The notes under the pieces were generated by a model. It saw only the letters and a program-made list of their open reading frames with translations. It searched no databases and was not told the DNA's origin. A stretch of 64,000 bases of DNA from Candidatus Aminicenantes bacterium (lineage in GTDB: Bacteria > Acidobacteriota > Aminicenantia > Aminicenantales > UBA4085), in assembly GCA_030691735.1 (NCBI GenBank), contig JAUYDS010000117.1, forward strand, positions 17,280-81,279, in the 5' to 3' direction. The position numbers were made by a program, and so were the translations under genes. Shown here piece after piece: positions 1 through 7,783 of this stretch (position 1 is its first letter; each line of letters begins with the position of its first letter).

Positions 1-224
1 CGGTTGGCCGGCTCATAGGGGCTGATGTGGCAGTTCAACAGGAAGGCCTCGCCGTTCTTGATCTCGGCGAAGCTCTCCTTCAGGCTGATCCCCCCCTCTT
101 TGACGGATTTCACTTCGCTCCCCAGGAGTTCGATGCCCGCCTCGAGAGTTTCGACGATCGCATAATGGAAAAAGGCCGTCTTGTTGACCGCGATTGTCCG
201 GACGGTCCGGGTTTTCTCAGCCAT
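1..224 (-). CDS. smpB: SsrA-binding protein SmpB, N-terminal part (gene runs off the left window edge)
   Basis: Reverse-complement translation from ATG at 224-222 gives MAEKTRTVRTIAVNKTAFFHYAIVETLEAGIELLGSEVKSVKEGGISLKESFAEIKNGEAFLLNCHISPYEPAN, matching the canonical SmpB N-terminus (..NKKARHDY.IEE..EAGI.L.G.EVKS.R.G...L..SF....GE..L.N.HISPYE..N). Not in the ORF track because it has no stop in the window. Confidence 0.75.
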   Translation of the reverse strand, partial: MAEKTRTVRTIAVNKTAFFHYAIVETLEAGIELLGSEVKSVKEGGISLKESFAEIKNGEAFLLNCHISPYEPAN

Positions 225-1467
225 GAACGAGGTCCACCCGGATCAGGCTGATATGCCTCTTGTTCATCTTTTCCACGGCGAAGCGGCGGCCCTCGAAGGT
301 CAGCGCATCCCTCTCGCGCGGGATCCGGCCGAATTCGTAGAGAAAGAATCCGGCCAGCGTCGTGTACTCCCCGCTTTCGGGAAGCTCAAGGGCCAGGCGC
401 TCGTTGATGTCCTTGATGCCGGCGGCTCCCTTGATGAGGAAGGCGTTCTCGCCGGCTGGAGCGAACCACTCCTCCTCTTTGGCGTCGTATTCGTCCCGGA
501 TCTCGCCGACGACCTCCTCGATGATGTCCTCGAGCGTGACGATCCCTTCCATGTTGCCGAATTCGTCGACGACGAAAGCGAGGTGGACGGCGTTTTCTTT
601 CATCTGGATCAGGACCTTTTCGACCGAAGCCGATTCTGGGACGAAAAAGGGCTTGCGGAGGATCTTCGACAAGTCGAAGTCCTTGGCTTCGGTCAGATAA
701 GGGATGATGTCTTTGGTGTGGATGAGCCCCTCGATATGGTCCAGCCTCCCCCGAAAAACGGGGAACCGGGAGAATTCCTCGCCGAGGACGGCGTCGAGAA
801 TCTGCTGACGGGTCGCTCCGATCTCGATGGCCTTGATCTGAGGACGGGGGGTCATGATCTCCTTCACCGGCCGCGAGGCGATGTCCAGGATCTCGGCGAT
901 CATCTTTTTACGGAAGGCCGATATCCCCTTGATCCCCGTCGACAGCAGGACCTTGGTCTCGTCCTCGGTGATGGCGCGGGACATGCTCGCGGACCCCCTC
1001 TCTGTCGAGGGAAAGAGCAGGCTGGAGAGGAAGGTGAAAACCTTGACGAAGGGATAGAAAAGGATCATGAACGCTCGGATGGGCTTGGCCATGACGAACG
1101 AGATCTTCAGGGGATTATAGGCGGCGTAGATCTTAGGATTGATCTCGGAGAAAAAGAGGATAAAGAGCGTGGTGACGATCGTGGCCAGCAGGACGGCCGT
1201 TTCCCGGTCGGGGATGAAGGAGACAAAAAGGGACGTCGCCACCGAAGCGGCGGCGGCGTTGACGAGCGTGTTCCCGATGAGGACGGTCGCCAGGAAATCG
1301 TCGAGGCGCGCGAGGATCCTCTTCACCGCCCCGGCCCGTTTCGAACCTTTCTTTTCCAGATAGTCCAGGGTGTACGGATTGGACCCGATGAAAGCGGTCT
1401 CGGACGATGAGAAAAAGGCGCTGAGGATGAGAAAGACCGCGAAGAGGAGGATCGACGCTAAGAGCAT
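217..1467 (-). CDS. CNNM/CorC-HlyC family transporter (two CBS domains plus C-terminal CorC_HlyC domain; TlyC-like)
   Basis: 416-aa ORF with N-terminal multi-TM DUF21/CNNM region (MLLASILLFAVFLILSAFFSSSETAF...), CBS pair and CorC_HlyC C-terminus. Amino-acid composition is protein-like, unlike the antisense ORF 181..1410. Confidence 0.8.
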   Translation of the reverse strand: MLLASILLFAVFLILSAFFSSSETAFIGSNPYTLDYLEKKGSKRAGAVKRILARLDDFLATVLIGNTLVNAAAASVATSLFVSFIPDRETAVLLATIVTTLFILFFSEINPKIYAAYNPLKISFVMAKPIRAFMILFYPFVKVFTFLSSLLFPSTERGSASMSRAITEDETKVLLSTGIKGISAFRKKMIAEILDIASRPVKEIMTPRPQIKAIEIGATRQQILDAVLGEEFSRFPVFRGRLDHIEGLIHTKDIIPYLTEAKDFDLSKILRKPFFVPESASVEKVLIQMKENAVHLAFVVDEFGNMEGIVTLEDIIEEVVGEIRDEYDAKEEEWFAPAGENAFLIKGAAGIKDINERLALELPESGEYTTLAGFFLYEFGRIPRERDALTFEGRRFAVEKMNKRHISLIRVDLVHG

Positions 1468-1478
1468 GGCGGCGGAGT

Positions 1479-1997
1479 TCAGATGTCCAAGCCGGCTTTG
1501 ATATCTTTAAAGCAGTGCGAGAGCGTGTGAGTGATCTTCCTCTCGATCTGGGCGGAGGGAAGCGAGGACGCTTCGGAGATCTCGGAGACGATCAGTTCCT
1601 TGGCCTTTTCCATCATTTTTTTCTCGCGAAACGAGAGGGGCTTAATCAGGCTGAGATAGTAGAGGCTCTTCAGGACCGCGACCATATCCAGGATCGTGCC
1701 CGACCTCATCAGGTTCACATGCTCCTTGTAGCGGCCCTTCCAGTTCATGCTCACTTCCACTTCTCCGTTCTTCATGTAGTCGAAGATCTCTTTGACGGCG
1801 CGTTCGGAAACGAGCCTGCGGATGCCGATCTCTTCGATGGAGGCGGACGGGACGAGGACGAGGGTGTTGTTGGTCAGAATCCTCAGATGGAGGACGCGGA
1901 ACTTCTCTCCGTTAAAGGCCTCATCCTGAATGTCTTCAATGACGCCAAGGCCTTGATTGGGATAAATGACTCTATCACCAATCTTCAGTGAATTCAT
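1479..1997 (-). CDS. carD: CarD/CdnL family transcriptional regulator (RNA polymerase-binding)
   Basis: 172 aa, N-terminus MNSLKIGDRVIYPNQGLGVIEDI is typical of the CarD_CdnL_TRCF domain. Confidence 0.75.
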   Translation of the reverse strand: MNSLKIGDRVIYPNQGLGVIEDIQDEAFNGEKFRVLHLRILTNNTLVLVPSASIEEIGIRRLVSERAVKEIFDYMKNGEVEVSMNWKGRYKEHVNLMRSGTILDMVAVLKSLYYLSLIKPLSFREKKMMEKAKELIVSEISEASSLPSAQIERKITHTLSHCFKDIKAGLDI

Positions 1998-2304
1998 GAA
2001 CCATCATTATAATCGATTCCCCCTGAAGAGTCAACAAGGAAGCGCCGGAAATAAACTCGCGACCGGCGGAGATCTTTACCTTCAAAAACAGCAATAATGG
2101 TGCCAAAGCTCGGGAAATTTATAATTATATTATAATCAATATATTAAGAATCATTTTGAGCGTTGGCGGGCGTTCACTCGAAGAGTTCAAATAATGGACG
2201 CGAGCGGGACAACATTTTTATAATTATATTATCAAGAATAAGATAAAACGATATTAGAGATTGTTCATTTTTTATTTCTAGACCTCTGGGCGATGCCGAA
2301 ATGA

Positions 2305-2340
2305 AGAAATTCGGCTTGACAGAAAATGAGAGCTCTATTA
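2305..2340 (+). promoter_or_regulatory. candidate sigma70-type promoter for rpmH (TTGACA-17-TAACAT)
   Basis: TTGACA at 2305-2310, 17-nt spacer, TAACAT-like -10 hexamer, about 30 nt upstream of the rpmH ATG, inside an AT-rich island. Confidence 0.35.
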
Positions 2341-2368
2341 ACATATCCTCCTTAAAGGATCGAAGACG

Positions 2369-2503
2369 ATGAAGCCAACATTCCGACCGAACAACAGAAA
2401 AAGAAAGAAAGATCATGGATTTCTGGTCCGCATGAGCACCAAAGGCGGGCAGAAAGTCATCAAGAGACGAAGACAGAAAGGCCGGAAGCGCCTCGCTGTT
2501 TGA
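2369..2503 (+). CDS. rpmH: 50S ribosomal protein L34
   Basis: ATG at 2369; translation [44 protein letters not shown] (44 aa) is a textbook L34. Missed by the ORF track (shorter than 60 aa). Stop overlaps the rnpA start (ATGA). Confidence 0.9.
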   Translation: MKPTFRPNNRKRKKDHGFLVRMSTKGGQKVIKRRRQKGRKRLAV

Positions 2504-2850
2504 TGATAGAGAGCTATGGTCCTCGCGAGAGGATCCGCAAGAAAAAAGATTTTACTAATCTTTACAAAAAAGGCAGTTGCGCGCGAGGTCGATTCTTCAA
2601 TTTGATCTGTTTTCCCAACGGTCTGGGCCATTCCCGGATGGCCGCCGTCACCAGCAAGAAGGTCGGAAATGCCGTTCAACGCAACAGGATCAGGCGCAGG
2701 GCCAGGGAATTGTTCCGAAAGAATAAGGATTTGTTGATATATCCGTTGGATATTCTGTTGATCGCCAAGAAAGACATCGGGGACGCGACCCGGCAGGACC
2801 TGCTCGAACGGTATCGGTCGGCCCTTCAAGCGATCCGGGAGCGCCGTTGA
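2500..2850 (+). CDS. rnpA: ribonuclease P protein component
   Basis: 116 aa, basic, immediately downstream of and overlapping rpmH (conserved rpmH-rnpA-yidD-yidC synteny). RNase P protein-like sequence (KKDF..LYKKG..). Confidence 0.8.
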   Translation: MMIESYGPRERIRKKKDFTNLYKKGSCARGRFFNLICFPNGLGHSRMAAVTSKKVGNAVQRNRIRRRARELFRKNKDLLIYPLDILLIAKKDIGDATRQDLLERYRSALQAIRERR

Positions 2851-2854
2851 GCTC

Positions 2855-3064
2855 ATGAAAACCGTTTTTTTGTTCCTTCTCCGAACCTACAAGAGAATTC
2901 TCTCTCCTATTATGGGGAGGCATTGCCGCTTTTATCCGACCTGTTCGGAATATATGGCCCAGGCCATCGATCAATATGGATTGGCCAAAGGCATCGGGCT
3001 CGGGCTGAAAAGGCTATTGAGGTGCCATCCTTTCCACGAGGGAGGGCTCGATCCTGTCCCTTAA
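2855..3064 (+). CDS. yidD: membrane protein insertion efficiency factor YidD
   Basis: 69 aa containing the conserved YidD signature C.FYPTCSEY and HP...GG.DPVP C-terminus; synteny. Confidence 0.8.
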   Translation: MKTVFLFLLRTYKRILSPIMGRHCRFYPTCSEYMAQAIDQYGLAKGIGLGLKRLLRCHPFHEGGLDPVP

Positions 3065-3075
3065 GAGGTCTTAGC

Positions 3076-4767
3076 ATGGAAAAAAGACTGGTACTCGCGA
3101 TCGTCCTCTCCTTTCTGCTGTTGCTCGTCTGGCAACTCGTCCTCGTTAAAAAATCGCCGGAACTCCAAACCGCCGCCGAGCAAACGGTTCCGGTCCAAAC
3201 CGGCCAGGTCCAGCCGGTCCCGGAACAAAAAAAGGCCGATGTCGCGGCCCCTCAGCCGCCCGCCCAAAAAGCTGATAAGCCGTTGAATATAAAACAGATA
3301 TCTGCAAGCGGCGAAGACAAAATAACGTTAGACACCTCGCTTTATCAAGCCGTCTGGAGCAACAAGGGGGGGGTCTTGACAAGCTGGAAACTCCGCAAGC
3401 ATAAAAACGAAAAAAAAGAGTTTCTGGATCTCGTTCCCTTATCCGCGAAGGACGCCGGAGTTTATCCTTTTTCCCTCTATGATGATGCTCCCGACTCGGT
3501 CAAGGCCGGCCTTCAGGGGATCGTCTCGAGCGCGTATAACAGCGCCCTTTACAAAGTGACAGGTTCGAGCGGGGAAGTCAGGGACGGAGAAAAAGCCGAG
3601 ATCCGCTTCAATTACGCCGATGGAAAAGAGCTCGAGATCGAGAAGATCTTCACCTTCTATGGGGGAAGATATGATTTCGACATCGCCGTTGCGATCCGCA
3701 GGAACGGCCAGCCGGTCGAACCCCGGATTCTCTGGGGGCCCGGGATCGGCAATCCCTCCGAGAGCGAACTCAAACAGAGCTTCGGATCGGGCGGCGGCAC
3801 CACCGTCTTCGCCTCCAACAGCCTCTACCGGGTCGACGAGAAAAAATACAAGCCCGAACAGAGCGCTTTCAATTTCGTCACTTGGGCGGCCTACGACGAC
3901 AACTATTTCGCGGCCATGTTCCTTCCCGCGGCCGCCGGCGGAGGAACGGCCGCCTTTTTAAAGGAAGATGTCGAGAACAAGGCCTCCTATTTCTTTCTGT
4001 CGGCGGCCAATCCCGGCAAAGCCTTCGTCGGGCCGAAGGACTTCGATGCCTTGACGGCGTTCGGCCACGACGCCAAAAAGATCGTCCGCTTCGGTTTCTT
4101 CGGCTTCATCGCCGAGATCCTTTTCGTGACCTTGAAATTCATCCATAAATTCGTTCCGAACTGGGGATTCGCCATCATCATCTTGACCTTTATCATCAAG
4201 GTCCTCTTTTTCCCTCTGACCTACCACAGCACGAAATCCATGGCCAAGATGGCCGATCTCCAGCCGAAGATCAAAGCCCTCCGGGCCAAATATAAAAAGT
4301 CCAAAACCGATATCGCCCAGCGCCGCCAGATGAACGAAGAGATGATGAAGCTATACAAGGAGAACGGCGTCAATCCGGCCGGCGGCTGCTTGCCCATGAT
4401 TCTCCAGATCCCCGTCTTTTTCGGCCTCTTCAGTCTGTTGCGGGTCGCCATCGAACTGAGGCAGAGCCCCTGGATCCTCTGGATCAAAGACCTTTCGATC
4501 AAGGATCCCCTTTATATCACTCCTCTCCTCATGGGCGCGACGCAATTCATCAGCCAGAAAATGACCCCCACGACGGCCGATCCCGCCCAAGCCCGGATGA
4601 TGCTCATCATGCCTGTCGTCATGACCTTCTTTTTCATGAATTTCCAGAGCGGCCTGGTCATCTACTGGCTGACGTCCAATGTCCTTCAGATCGGACAACA
4701 ATACATCATGAACAGAATGATGCATAAAAAAAAGGTTGAATCCCATGGAAAACCAAGAAAAAAATGA
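3076..4767 (+). CDS. yidC: membrane protein insertase YidC/Oxa1 family
   Basis: Start placed at the internal ATG 3076 (MEKRLVLAIVLSFLLLLVWQ, signal-anchor) just after the yidD stop; the ORF-track start 2923 overlaps yidD. Periplasmic domain plus conserved C-terminal 5-TM core (..YKENGVNPAGGCLPMILQIPVFFGLF..). Confidence 0.85.
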   Translation: MEKRLVLAIVLSFLLLLVWQLVLVKKSPELQTAAEQTVPVQTGQVQPVPEQKKADVAAPQPPAQKADKPLNIKQISASGEDKITLDTSLYQAVWSNKGGVLTSWKLRKHKNEKKEFLDLVPLSAKDAGVYPFSLYDDAPDSVKAGLQGIVSSAYNSALYKVTGSSGEVRDGEKAEIRFNYADGKELEIEKIFTFYGGRYDFDIAVAIRRNGQPVEPRILWGPGIGNPSESELKQSFGSGGGTTVFASNSLYRVDEKKYKPEQSAFNFVTWAAYDDNYFAAMFLPAAAGGGTAAFLKEDVENKASYFFLSAANPGKAFVGPKDFDALTAFGHDAKKIVRFGFFGFIAEILFVTLKFIHKFVPNWGFAIIILTFIIKVLFFPLTYHSTKSMAKMADLQPKIKALRAKYKKSKTDIAQRRQMNEEMMKLYKENGVNPAGGCLPMILQIPVFFGLFSLLRVAIELRQSPWILWIKDLSIKDPLYITPLLMGATQFISQKMTPTTADPAQARMMLIMPVVMTFFFMNFQSGLVIYWLTSNVLQIGQQYIMNRMMHKKKVESHGKPRKK

Positions 4768-5386
4768 GTCCGGCGTCGAAGAACTCAAGGAATTCAAAGG
4801 CAAAAACTTAGAGGAGGCCATCGGTTACGCCGAGCACAAGCTGAAGATTCTCCGCTCGGAGTTCAACTACGAGATCGTTACCGAAAAGACCAAACTGTTC
4901 GGGATCAGCAAGGAGATCGTCATTCGTGTCTGGCCGAAGATCGAAGCCGAAGAGAACGCCGTTACCGATTTTCTCAAGAAGCTACTCCAGGTCTTTCCCC
5001 TCGACCTCGACTACCAGGTCAAGAAAAAGAACGGCTTCGTCTTCGTCGTCTTCGACGGCGAGGACAAGCAGATCCTCCTCTGGAAAGACGGGGCCCTTCT
5101 GCTGGCCTTGCAGCATGTCCTGAACAAGGTCTCCAATCAAAAAGTCCAGGTCGACTGTGAGTTTTTCCGGAAAAGAAAAGAGAAGAGACTCCGCGAATAC
5201 GCCCAGGATGTCGCCCGTCAGGTCAGTGATACCGGCCGGAACGAGATTCTGGACCTCATGAATCCCTACGAGCGACGGATTGTCCATATCGCCGTCAACC
5301 AGGTCCCGGGCCTAACCAGCGAAAGCCTGGGCGACGGTTTTCTGAAGCGGGTCAAGATCTTTCCCATCGGCAAGCAGGGCAAATAA
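4745..5386 (+). CDS. jag: Jag/KhpB family RNA-binding protein (Jag_N, KH, R3H domains)
   Basis: Follows yidC as in most bacteria; C-terminal R3H-like region (RRIVHIAVNQ..). Start could be 4736 or 4745. Confidence 0.7.
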   Translation: MENQEKNESGVEELKEFKGKNLEEAIGYAEHKLKILRSEFNYEIVTEKTKLFGISKEIVIRVWPKIEAEENAVTDFLKKLLQVFPLDLDYQVKKKNGFVFVVFDGEDKQILLWKDGALLLALQHVLNKVSNQKVQVDCEFFRKRKEKRLREYAQDVARQVSDTGRNEILDLMNPYERRIVHIAVNQVPGLTSESLGDGFLKRVKIFPIGKQGK

Positions 5387-5387
5387 A

Positions 5388-5556
5388 GGGCTCGCTCGAA
5401 GCGGGCAAACGCTCTCTTAGTCGCGGGTCCTGTCACCGATCAGCCCAGCCGGACTCGCTCATCACCCACCTTCGGGGGGTCCCATTCGCTTCGTCCGGCC
5501 GGGCGCCCGATCGGTGCCACCCGTAAATAGAGCGTTTGCCCGTTTCTTCGCTCGCG
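5388..5556. repeat. MITE-like inverted-repeat element 1 (about 169 bp) bounded by about 28-nt terminal inverted repeats
   Basis: Left end gggctcgctcgaagcgggcaaacgctctc (5388-5416) is the near reverse complement of the right end agagcgtttgcccgtttcttcgctcgcg (5529-5556). The interior folds into a long imperfect hairpin (caccgatc/gatcggtg, agccgg/ccggc). Confidence 0.5.
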
Positions 5557-5651
5557 TATTTCTTTAGTTATTCGGGATGGCCGATGCGGCGACAGGGTGG
5601 CCCCCGGCCCCCTGGGGAACCAGTCGCTTCCCGATCAATGCGTGGGATTAT

Positions 5652-5729
5652 GCTCGTTGGAAGGAAGGCAGGGAGCGAAGCGACCGTTGGAAGGAAACCC
5701 GCTCAAAGGGTTTCCTTCCAAGAGTGACC
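5652..5729. repeat. palindromic repeat family P, copy 1 (gctcgTTGGAAGGAAggcagggagcgaagcgaccgTTGGAAGGAAACCCgctcaaaGGGTTTCCTTCCAAgagtgacc)
   Basis: Near-identical copies at 6077-6154 and 22917-23006. Core is a 14-bp stem (ttggaaggaaaccc / gggtttccttccaa) with a 7-nt loop, plus an upstream direct repeat of ttggaagga. Confidence 0.65.
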
Positions 5730-5936
5730 CGTCGGTTCCCCCCATCGGCCTTGCCGATGGGGCCCCCCTCCGCTATGGGGTCCTTAGGGCCAACCCTGCC
5801 GTCGCGTCCTTTATTCTCGCACCGGAAAAACCGAAATGCAGCCGCGATATTTCTTGTGATCGCATCGGCTTCCTCCCCTCGCCCGGGATGAAAAAAATAG
5901 TTCATGATGATGGGGAAACGCATTGTTTTCGCCTTT

Positions 5937-6363
5937 GACGAGCGAAGAAGCGGGCGAACGCTCTTTTCACGGATTGAGCCGAACGACAAGATCGGGAGAC
6001 GGCCGAAGCGACCATGGAGGGTTTAGCCTTTCCGAGCCGTCCTTCGAGGGAACTCCGAACAATGCGACGAACAAATGCTCCTTGGAAGGTTAGCAGGGAG
6101 CGCAGCGACCGTTGGAAGGAAACCCGTTCAAAGGGTTTCCTTCCAAGAGTGACCAGCCGGCCCGGAAGAGGCCGGCCGGCGAAGCATGTTTGAGCTTCCC
6201 GGCGCACTCCCGTAATGTCGGAAGCCGGGAAGCGAGTTCTGAGCCGCCGAGAAGAACGGCGAGGAAACGGCGTGAAAAACCCGAGTCGGGAGCGAAGCCG
6301 TTTTCCGATCTTGTCTGTATGCCCCGCCGACCAGAAAAGCGTTCGCCCACTTCGAGCGAGCCC
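5937..6363. repeat. MITE-like inverted-repeat element 2 (about 427 bp) with terminal inverted repeats related to element 1; carries palindromic repeat P copy 2 internally
   Basis: Left end gacgagcgaagaagcgggcgaacgctcttttc (5937-5968) versus right end agaaaagcgttcgcccacttcgagcgagccc (6334-6363). The ends are cross-related to the element-1 ends (RC of the element-2 right end approximates the element-1 left end). Confidence 0.45.
6077..6154. repeat. palindromic repeat family P, copy 2
   Basis: gctccttggaaggttagcagggagcgcagcgaccgttggaaggaaacccgttcaaagggtttccttccaagagtgacc; differs from copy 1 at only a few positions. Confidence 0.65.
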
Positions 6364-6402
6364 CTTTACTATTCGCTTCGTCTAAACTAAAATCCCATTC
6401 AA

Positions 6403-7782
6403 ATGCTCGATCAAACGCTCGAGGACACGATCATCGCCGTCTCGACGCCGCCCGGATATGGGGGGATCGGGATCGTCCGGTTGAGCGGCCGGGACGCCCT
6501 CAAGATAGCTAAAGCCTTTTTTCGGCCGAAGAAGGCAACTTCCAAGATCCCTCCGAGGCGGGCGGTTTTAGGAAACCTCGTGAATCTCGAAACGGAAGAG
6601 GTCTTCGAAGAGGCCTATCTTCTTTATTTTCAAGCGCCTCATTCCTATACTCGCGAGGACGTGGCCGAGATCAGCTGCCACGGCAGCCCCACGGTCATGG
6701 AAGAAGCCGTTCGTCTTGGAATCAGGGCCGGAGCGAGGCACGCGCGAGCCGGAGAATTCACCTTGCGGGCCTATTTGAGAGGCCGGCTTGACATCATTCA
6801 GGCCGAAGCGGTCAACGACCTCATTCGAGCCGGCACGATCGAAACGGCCCACTTGGCGTTCAGCCAGCTGGACGGAAAGCTTTCGAAGAAGATCGAAGGA
6901 TTTCGGGCGGGAGTCATCGACATCCTCTCCCAGATCGAAGCGGTTATCGAGTTTCCGGAAGACCGGCTGCCCGTCACGCCTGGGAAAATGGCCATAAACC
7001 TCGAGAAAATGATCGTCCTGATGGACGATCTTGTTTCGAGCTACGAAGGAGGCAGAGCGCTCATCGAAGGCGTCACCCTGGCCATCACGGGGAGGACGAA
7101 TGTCGGGAAATCCACCCTGTTCAACGCCATTTTAGAGGACGAGCGAGCGATCGTCACCCCCTATCCCGGAACGACGCGGGACTACTTGAAGGAAAAGATC
7201 AAGATCAAGGACGCCTATTTCAACCTGGTCGATATGGCCGGCCTTGGAAAGGCAGGTTCGTCCGTCGAACGGGAAGGCATGAGAAGGGGGGAAAAAATAG
7301 CCTCATCGGCGGAAGGGCTTCTCATTTTGCTGGATGCCTCTCGTCCGGAGGATCGAGAGGACCTCGCCCTTCTCGAGGAATTCCGGAACAAAAAAGCCCT
7401 CATCCTGTTCAACAAGATCGATCTTGGCCTGAAAATGGATATCGCCAAGATCAAAGAGCGCTTCGGACACCTTTCTTTCCTGGAAATCTCCGCCCTGAGA
7501 GGAACGAATCTCAACCGGTTGAGGAAGAAGATTTATGAGATCTTCGCCGCGAAGATGCAGAACCGCGAAAACGTCATCTTCCATCTAAGACAGAAATTGC
7601 TGCTTGAGGATGTTCTCAGACATCTGAAAAAGGGGCGTGAACTGCTTTTAAAAGGCCATTCCGAGGAGATTTACGCTGATGAGATCCGGAAAACGCTTCC
7701 TTTCCTCAGCCAATTGACGGGAGAGATCAAAGCGGACGATGTCATCGAAAGGATCTTCAGCCGCTTCTGCGTGGGAAAATGA
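6403..7782 (+). CDS. mnmE: tRNA modification GTPase MnmE
   Basis: 459 aa; N-terminal THF-binding domain (TIIAVSTPPG.GGIGIVRLSG), G-domain (GRTNVGKSTLFNAIL), C-terminal ..CVGK motif. Confidence 0.9.
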   Translation: MLDQTLEDTIIAVSTPPGYGGIGIVRLSGRDALKIAKAFFRPKKATSKIPPRRAVLGNLVNLETEEVFEEAYLLYFQAPHSYTREDVAEISCHGSPTVMEEAVRLGIRAGARHARAGEFTLRAYLRGRLDIIQAEAVNDLIRAGTIETAHLAFSQLDGKLSKKIEGFRAGVIDILSQIEAVIEFPEDRLPVTPGKMAINLEKMIVLMDDLVSSYEGGRALIEGVTLAITGRTNVGKSTLFNAILEDERAIVTPYPGTTRDYLKEKIKIKDAYFNLVDMAGLGKAGSSVEREGMRRGEKIASSAEGLLILLDASRPEDREDLALLEEFRNKKALILFNKIDLGLKMDIAKIKERFGHLSFLEISALRGTNLNRLRKKIYEIFAAKMQNRENVIFHLRQKLLLEDVLRHLKKGRELLLKGHSEEIYADEIRKTLPFLSQLTGEIKADDVIERIFSRFCVGK

Positions 7783-7783
7783 A

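Noticed and set aside
19-40. ggggctgatgtgg resembling the 5' end of tmRNA (GGGGCUGAUUCUGG)
   Set aside because: Lies inside the smpB coding sequence on the opposite strand. No tRNA-like acceptor/T-arm or tag-peptide ORF follows, so it is coincidental.
181-1410. 409-aa plus-strand ORF opposite the CorC gene
   Set aside because: Gly/Asp/Arg/Glu-rich low-complexity translation typical of antisense frames in high-GC DNA. The minus-strand CorC translation has clear family motifs.
2000-2368. oriC call for the AT-rich island
   Set aside because: No convincing DnaA boxes (best match TTATCAAGA, 7/9) and no dnaA/dnaN nearby. Kept only as a low-confidence possibility in the findings.
5536-6390. Several 60-115-aa ORFs on both strands inside the jag-mnmE spacer (e.g. 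5597..5938, 5648..5989, 6112..6390)
   Set aside because: They are translations of the palindromic and TIR repeats (the same peptide LEGNPxKGFPSKSD arises wherever repeat P occurs). No RBS, overlapping each other on both strands.
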